Origin: Octopus bimaculoides
Lineage: Eukaryota
Direction: 5' to 3'
Assembly (NCBI RefSeq): GCF_001194135.2
Contig: NC_068994.1
Coordinates: 40,264,423 to 40,310,143, forward strand
DNA length: 45,721 nt
The translations under genes were made by a program, and so were the position numbers. A model generated the notes under the pieces. It was given only the letters and a program-made list of their open reading frames with translations, searched no databases and was not told the origin of the DNA. Shown piece by piece: positions 38,168 to 45,721 of this stretch. The number at the start of each line of letters is the position of its first letter. The first letter of the stretch is position 1.

Positions 38168-38746
38168 GCATGCGTGTGTGCATGCTTGTGTGAAGTGATA
38201 TAGTGCATAGAAAAAGGGGAACTCAAAATAAGTTGAAGAGTTCATTTATGCATTTATTGGAAGTTTCAATTTCCAGTAACTTAATATAATATAAAAATAC
38301 ACATACACACACGCGCACACAAATGAATATATGCATGATTATGGTAATTGGGTAAATTTAAATACTGTATGTACAAATAGGGAGGCTTGTCTGTACAAGC
38401 ATGAATTCACAATTATTGATACAAATACATATAACACCAGCAAACATCCACGAATATACCAACATACATCCATATATGCATACATGCACCCACATACATA
38501 CATTATATATCAATATGTAAATGTATGTACACACACACACACGTGCAAAAATACACACAAATGCATATATGTGTGTGTATGTGTGTATGCATATAAATAT
38601 GTAAATACATACATATACTTACAAGCATTGTGTAATATTATAAATTTAAATGCTGTGTGAATTCACTGCTGCGAATGGTACATTCATAAATACACAAACT
38701 ATTCATATAAATGGAGATTAAATACACCAATATACACATATATACA

Positions 38747-39127
38747 TATACATCAACTATTTGTATACATTTGCATTTGCAAGTTTGATAAATATGACAG
38801 TATCATTTGACTAGTGGTCAAGGGATTACTTGTCCAAAGCTAGCCATAACACATACATTCACTCACTGTCTGTTCATTAACTAATGCATACAATTTAGTG
38901 AAAGATCTCAGTCTAAATATTGCAGATACCTTTAACTTTGGAATTTTACAAAATTACACAAAGGAACAAAATCAATTACAATTGATTTCTTAAATAGATT
39001 TGTGTTTGAGAGAGATTTTTTGCTCTTGAGTTAATAAGTTTCATTTGTAAAAACAGCAAATTGGAGACAAATGTGTGAGCTAATTAGGAGAGTAATTAAG
39101 TGTTTTTGTACATCAAGAATGTTTTGT
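38747..39127 (-). repeat. 381-bp near-identical inverted duplication, copy 2
   Basis: Reverse complement of 20606-20986 with 2 substitutions. Confidence 0.95.
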
Positions 39128-39139
39128 TCTATTTTTTCT

Positions 39140-39314
39140 TTGTTTAGCCACATATTTCTGAGTTCAGTCCCACTGCGTGGCATCTTGAGCAAGTGTTTCC
39201 TACTACATCATGGACCAACCAAATTCTGAGTGGATTTGGTAGACAGAAACTGAAAGAAGCTCAAATTGTGTATATATGTATATATACATCAATATATATG
39301 TGTGTATGTGTGTG

Positions 39315-39357
<43 letters not shown>

Positions 39358-39585
39358 TATGTCTGTCCTTTTGCTTGTCCTGCACCACGGTTTTAAAACC
39401 AGTTTGGATTGTTTGCATCCTTGTAACTTAGCAGTTCAGTAAAAGGAGACTGATAGGATAAGTATCGGGCTTTAAAAAAATAAAAATAAGTACTGGAGTC
39501 CACTCATTTGACTAAAATCAGTCAAAGCATTGCTCTAGCATGGCTGTAGTTCAATGACTGGAACAAATAAAAAGCAAAAAGAAAT
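39140..39585 (+). mobile_element. Type I SINE lacking the extreme 5' head
   Basis: gagttcagtcccactgcgtggcatcttgagcaagtg...gagtggatttggtagacagaaactgaaagaagc...(tg)n...ctagcatggctgtagttcaatgactggaacaaataaaaag. Confidence 0.85.
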
Positions 39586-40066
39586 CTTGGCACATTAAGC
39601 AATCCTATATAGGCTCAATCAAATTATTTTACTTTACAGTAAGTTTAGGAGTCACCATTTCTAAATATCTGAGTTTTTTTTGTTTGTATTATAAGAAACC
39701 TGCTTGTTAATTTGAAAACCACTTCTTACTCCTCTCTGTCTTATACATATTTCAATCTATATTCTGTTTCTGAACAAGGATATGGCCAGCTTCTAATGAT
39801 GACAGTTGCATAATATAGGTTTGCCCATTTGTTCCTGTTAGAAGTGCATGCCTGCCTCTTTAAGTTAACATTTTGATATGCATGAGTAAGTTCCTATTTT
39901 AGTGTGAAAATAAGTTTAAGAATCAGACGTTTAATTTATGAACCCCCTGCTACAGATAATATTTTGGGTCTATTCGCTTCTTTTATAAATCCTCTACACA
40001 TGAAATATTTCTTACATATACATATATATATATATATGTACACGCACACACATGTGTGCATGTACA

Positions 40067-40134
<68 letters not shown>

Positions 40135-41141
40135 TGTACACACACACACAAACGTACCCATGCATACACATATATATTCATATACAAACATAAGTATATA
40201 TGTGAGTGTTTGCATATATGCATGTAAATGTTGTATACATCATTTATAACACATTTATGTATCCACAAACGTGGAACTGAGCATGCTGTGGTATTAGTCT
40301 TAGTGAACAAGTCTGCTGTTGCGACTTTGTCTGTTAAAAGCACAACATGCCTCATATAATATCAGTGGACTGTGAGATATTAATGTTTTGTAACTTCCTT
40401 CAGCTGACAATATGGTGTCAGTCATTGAAACGGCAAAAATCATACCAAAACATTAGTGGCTTGACACATATATGGACAACAATATGTTTTTAACACACAA
40501 AATCTCTATCGAGATGATCTAGACTAAATCCCACAGCAAATGCTGTTCCAGATTTTTGTGTACATGAGCATGTTATAAAAGATGTACATATTATTGTTTT
40601 GATTTTTGCTCTTCCAAGTGTGCGTGAGGATTTATATATTGCACATATGAATGTGTGTGTATGTGTATGTGTGTGTGTGTATAAAGTTATGCAGTTCTGA
40701 CTACACATGCTAGTTTGTTCACATATGTCTTTTTATTATTTTGCGCAATTCCTTGTTTCTGCCTTCCCTTTAATTCCGGCATAATTATGTGTGAATGTAT
40801 ATTTGTTTATGTGTTTATATACATACCTCATACTATACATTTATCTTAATATTGTATGATTGGTTTCACTTGTATGATTCATGTCTAAGTGTATACATAC
40901 CTGTACCTACATTCTATTTGTTTATAAATGTGCGTGTCTACAGATATACTTGATATTATACTTTTATGTTCGATATCGTGCAATCGTATTTGTTTGTACA
41001 ATTTATGCCTTAAGTGTATATGTACCTGCAGCTATATCTTTATTTATTTATTTATTTATTTATTTGTATGTGTGTGACAAGTCTGTTAATAAATATTCAT
41101 GTTTGGGCCATATGTATATCTGGTAATATATATATATATAT

Positions 41142-41191
<50 letters not shown>

Positions 41192-41271
41192 NNNNNNNNN
41201 NNNNNNNNNNNNNNNNNNNNNNNNNNNNNNNNNNNNNNNNNNNNNNNNNNNNNNNNNNNNNNNNNNNTATA

Positions 41272-41332
<61 letters not shown>

Positions 41333-41355
41333 ATATATGTGTGTGTATATATATT

Positions 41356-41390
<35 letters not shown>

Positions 41391-41651
41391 GTATTTATGT
41401 ATGTATGTATATATATATATATATCTATATTCAGTATGCCTATGAGTGCATGTATATAGGTATATGCTTAGTATCCATATATCAACATAGTTTCTCTTTT
41501 TTCTTTTTGTATGAAAGGTAGTTATCCATATTTGTATACATACTAGTAACCCTCACCTGTCACCTTACTTTTTCCTTTTCTCTTCTTTTTTCTCCCCCCC
41601 CCCCTCTTTGCTCTTCCCTGGTTTTCTCTGTTATGATGTTATTACTCCTTT

Positions 41652-42050
41652 TTATCTCTCATAAGAAATCAACATCCCCGCTTCAACATAATGGCTGCCT
41701 AGCATTGATGTCACATATACATTAATGAGATTATTATCTGCTGTAGACTCTACAGTAATTTGCATATGTTGATGACAAAAGGAGATCAATCTTGCTTGAG
41801 TAATTGGTGAGTAAGATACATCATTGATTCTTAACCAATTCCAATCGACACTCATTTTTTGCCCCTTTTTCTACTAGCCCAGTTTTGCATTCTCCTCTGC
41901 AGCAGATTATTTTCCACTAAAAATGTCACGTGTACATGAGGAGAAAACACTACTCTTACAGACACTTGAAATGTTGCATAACATACATCTGATGTTCTTT
42001 TGAAACAGCTGTAGAGCTCAATGACTTTTTCCATCCCTTCTATTTACAGA
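41652..42050 (-). mobile_element. Possible decayed non-LTR (apurinic-endonuclease-like) fragment
   Basis: Non-repetitive coding-like composition; PITQARLISF and MLGSHY weakly recall the (Q/S)ARLD.FL and SDH motifs of L1-type endonucleases. Catalytic residues are not intact. Confidence 0.25.
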
Positions 42051-42273
42051 TTCGAATATTACATTACAAATAACAATTTTTGCTTCTGAGATGGAGTTGT
42101 ATAGCACTTATCATCTTAGCAGTTTCTGCCTAATCTTAATATGGGACGAACTATATCTGATTAATAAATTTTATTGATCAATAATTGAGTCATCTGTGTT
42201 CCCTATACAAGCCATGTTTGTGCTAGAGTCTAACAAACTGTGTTTTACCATGATCACTTTGCAGATCCTTCTA

Positions 42274-42313
<40 letters not shown>

Positions 42314-42344
42314 GTTATTGTTATTATTATTATTATTATTAATT

Positions 42345-43100
42345 AGAGAGCAGTACATGCTTTCAAAGTGACACTTAGGTAAAATATATGAAGCCCAATA
42401 TACCCATCATGACTTCCATCTGATAAGGGTACACCAAGCATCACAACCATATGTGCACAACATGTTGATCTCATACCAAGATAAACAGCACATAACCTTG
42501 CAGGTGGGGCCCTATTAGAATTTTCTTCAGGTCGAGTAGCCCATCCTACTCAAAAGGTCCCTGAATAAGGTTTCTTTAAGGATGATCAACAAAGCACCTA
42601 AGTTTTCAGAGGTCAATTATTATTCAAGCCCCAAAGAATTCCTCTCAACACATGGCTGTGGTGCTCCCCTACTACTTCTGCTCATGATCAGAGATGCACA
42701 TATCGTCAGCCACTAAGGGACATGCTCAACTGGTTAAGGTCAAACAACTGACAAGCAAATCTGTGATATTGAGCAAAATATTTGGTGTGGCACGTCTTTT
42801 ATACCAAGACAAAACAATCTACATGATAACACTTCTAATCATTTAAAATCAAAAGCCATGAGAGCCACTACCCTGGGAGTTTGTACTGTTTGTTAAATCA
42901 CAACAAGGACCTCCGACAGACAGTACTTCATGCAATATGAGCGCAGTTCCAAGTAATGCCGACTTTTGCAATACACTTAGATTGTAGGGTATTTCTAATA
43001 TTTCCAGATGTTTTTTTAGATTGGGTGGTATTGTACCGAATGCTCTGATGACAATAGAGACAACCTTTATGTTTGACTCAGATAGCTGCCACATCTTAGT
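42345..43100 (-). mobile_element. 5'-truncated R4/Dong-like RLE retroelement (last about 60 codons plus about 570-nt 3' UTR), element C
   Basis: MWQLSESNIKVVSIVIRAFGTIPPNLKKHLEILEIPYNLSVLQKSALLGTALILHEVLSV matches the RLE C-terminus (V.PIV.GALG...LQK.ALLGTA.ILRKVL). (ATT)n lies on both sides (42275-42344 and 43102-43125). Confidence 0.85.
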
Positions 43101-43369
43101 GATTATTATTATTATCATTACTATTATATATATAAGGCTGGCTTGCACTTAAAGGTAAGGTATACAATCCAGGCTGTAGATAAAGACTACAGCTTACTCA
43201 TGTCAGTTATGCAATCTCTTCTGTTACCTGACAGCATCATTACTTACCACGTGCAAATGTTGTTGCTATAGATGCTAATTGAATGCCTGGTGCCAATACC
43301 TTGTCTACACCATCATGTGCTGTATCTAAGTGTAATGAACTTGTGTTGTTGAATACATCATCCTGCAGA

Positions 43370-43520
43370 ATGCTGACAAAATGATGTCAACATCCTAATT
43401 AAATATAACTGATGTCACTTTGATAGCATAAACAACCACATGACCTGAACTGACCGTTGGATGCCTAAATACCTAGAAGCTACTTTGAATTTCTTCTAAA
43501 TTCTCTCTACTCTCTACAAA
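43370..43520. repeat. Unclassified dispersed repeat, homologous to about 36040-36200 in the same orientation
   Basis: Shared acat(g/a)acctgaactgacc...cctaa..a.(c/t)tagaagcta...tgaatttct...ctctc core, roughly 70% similar by eye. Confidence 0.65.
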
Positions 43521-43858
43521 CATCTAACGAGATTATTCCTTTGTTACCAAAATTGAAGTCCATAGTTGATACCATCAAACTCAGTAACTGAAAATAATAT
43601 ACAAAACAAATATTGGGGTTGAAGATATCTGCTAAACCCCTCCCCTCAAAACTGTTAGTCTTTTCAGTTTTAGTGATACAACTGATAGTGCCATAACTTT
43701 TGCTTTTTTTACCTTTAGCATATAGTAGATGCCTCATGTTGCCGTACGAGTTTTCTCCCCTCTCAATGCAATGTAATGCACCTGCATCTATAGGGGAGAA
43801 AACTTATATGGTGCCATGATGTGCCAAAGCATGCTAAAGGTTAATTAGATAATTTCTC

Positions 43859-44414
43859 GTGAGTGAGAGAGCAGTGCATGCCATCAAAATGACACTGGGG
43901 TAAAACATACAAAGCCTAATATACCCATCATGACTACCCATCTGATAAAGGTACACCAGGTACATGCATCACAACCATATGTGTGCGATATGATGATCTC
44001 ATATCATGATAAACAGTGCATGACCTCGCAGGTGGGGCCCAGTTAGAATTTTCTTCAGGTCGGGTAGCCCATCCTACTCAAAAGGTCCCTGAATAAGGTT
44101 TGTTTAAGGATGTTGAGCAAAACCCCCATGTTTCCAAAGGTGAATTATTCAAACCCCAAAGAATTCCTCTTAACACATGGCTATGATGCTCCCCCACTAC
44201 TTCTGCTCATGATCAGAGATGCACACATCGTCAGCCACCAAGGGACATGCTCAACTGGTTAAGGTCAAACAACTGACAAGCAAATCTGTGGTATTAAGCA
44301 GAATATTTGCTGTAGCCCATCTTTTTATACCAAAACAAAACAATACACATGATAACTCTTCCAATCAATTAAGATCAGAAGCCATGAGAGCCACTGCCTG
44401 GTACTGCATCCAGG

Positions 44415-44415
<1 letters not shown>
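43859..44415 (-). mobile_element. 3'-UTR-only copy of the element C family (element B)
   Basis: Colinear with 42345-42875 over about 530 nt; its 5' end abuts (ATT)n at 44416-44451. Confidence 0.9.
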
Positions 44416-44451
<36 letters not shown>

Positions 44452-45342
44452 TTCTCTTTATCACTGGTTTTGTTGGAGCTCCTGGAGTCTTGCATGCATA
44501 GTAGGCTTACAACTGCAGCCCATAGTACCATGTTATTCATTCTTTTCAGCTATCTAATACTTTCCTGATTATTCTGGCCATGCCAAGGAGGCAAAACTTT
44601 TGTAACAGTTCTACTGGGCACTCTATTCCAATTTCCTTTATATTCCTCTTGATGCCTTCTGATACTGTTCCCAAGGACCAAACAATAATTGGCACTATCT
44701 TCACCTTCTTCATTTTCCATAATCGGGCTATTTCGTACTTAAGAAGGTTTATCTGTCTATCTTTTCGCTTTCCTTCTTGACTATTTGTGGGTCAAAAGGG
44801 CATGCAACATGGGCTATATGGTATATATAGTATTCTAGCATTTGATCTGTTTGGATTGGGAAATCCCAGAGGGTTTTGCTAGTCTCTGACTCTGCCACTC
44901 TCTGTGATTTGTTGTGCTCATAGCACACCTTGCCTCTCTCAAGCTTTCCACACAGTTTCTTATGTAGCAATTTTGCTACCTGGTTGTGTCACCACAACTT
45001 GCAGTGCTTTTGGGCAAGTCTAGGGCATTCGTTCATAATATGGGCAATGGTTTTATCCACTCTATTGCAGATGCAGCACAGCAGAGATGCTTACTCATTC
45101 CGAAGGTTGACCCTCCAGTTCATGGCCAAAGCTTGGTCTTGCACTGCCAGTATAGTGCTCTCAGCCTCTTTTCTTAGGGTACCTTTCATCAGCGAATCCC
45201 ATCTATTTTTTCCAGAAACTTCTGTTGTGGCTACATGGAATTGATTTTGTAGTCCTTTCTTGCATAATTCTTCTTCATGTCCATTTTGTAATTCTTCCTT
45301 TGTTTCCCCTTTTTTCTCTGCTCTCAATACTCCCTCTTTCCT
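44452..45342 (-). mobile_element. 5'-truncated R4/Dong-like retroelement with CCHC finger and RLE domain, short 3' UTR (element A)
   Basis: KGTLRKEAESTILAVQDQAL, C.ICNRVDKTIAHIMNECPRLAQK (CCHC), H...AKLLH, CYEH, TLWDFPIQTDQMLE, VACPFD...KKESEKI. The PD catalytic segment appears deleted. Flanked by (ATT)n 45344-45373 and 44416-44451. Confidence 0.9.
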
Positions 45343-45721
45343 AATTATTATTATTATTATTATTATTATTATTTTATGTTTGACTTTTGTTTTGCATTTG
45401 TACAAGTTGGATCCAAGTCTCACCCAGAGACCTCAAGAGACAACAAGTTAGAAGTTCATGTAGGTGTTATGCCTAGGGTACCATATATTTGGATTTGTAC
45501 AGTTTTGTTCAAGTGAATGTTTAAGAAACCATAAGAAAATTATGTGTTTGCTTTAAAATTTGAGATCACATAGACAGTATTTTACGTAGGATATGGGCAG
45601 TTCCCATGAGCACTATCTTTTGAACTTCAGCCATTTTGGGGTTTCCTGGAATCTGATCTAGGTAGTAATCAGCCCGTTTCGCTGTCATTCCCAGGGCACC
45701 TATGACAATAGGTATTGTTTT

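Larger units (their letters stand above)
18489..41267. other. Five assembly gaps: 18489-18638, 24896-25255, 26075-26748, 30835-31446, 41192-41267
   Basis: N runs, almost all bounded by (TA)n, (AG)n or (TG)n, typical of short-read assembly breaks. Confidence 0.99.

Noticed and set aside
20606-39127. Intact Polinton/Maverick suggested by long inverted repeats and an 18.5-kb span
   Set aside because: No PolB, integrase, ATPase or capsid ORFs, no 6-bp TSD or AG...CT termini, and the interior is old SINE-laden host DNA.
43537-43576. 40-nt minus-strand exon candidate (TEFDGINYGLQFW) with a strong acceptor
   Set aside because: It sits in a probable TE-derived tract, and no connecting exon or homology supports it.

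Overview
AT-rich, gap-containing eukaryotic genomic DNA with extreme microsatellite density. The tRNA-derived SINE families look like those I recall from octopus, so the source is probably an Octopus species (inference, no search run). Almost all ORFs in the supplied track are microsatellite or N-gap artefacts. Supportable content: (1) the last two coding exons of an unidentified minus-strand host gene (33122-33275 and 30097-30377; canonical AG/GT, phase-compatible, low-complexity S/T/P/K tail), plus weaker candidate exons; (2) many transposon relics: a stop-free L1/Tx1-type ORF2 tail at 1-352 missed by the ORF track, a mariner N-terminal fragment, CR1-type and RTE-type RT remnants, a Gypsy integrase C-terminal fragment inside a Helentron/HINE-like element, a hAT/Charlie-like MITE, and several R4/Dong-like RLE retroelement pieces in (AAT)n tracts; (3) about 20 SINE copies of at least three types. 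The most unusual structures are a 381-bp inverted duplication with only 2 mismatches whose copies lie about 17.8 kb apart and bracket the gene's last exons, a stack of R4/Dong-like elements with two different 3' UTRs separated by (AAT)n, and a largely gapless diverged duplication at 32.1/32.4 kb with an invariant 21-mer and a possible 44-aa smORF. I cannot show that any of these is a new biological system; they are leads.
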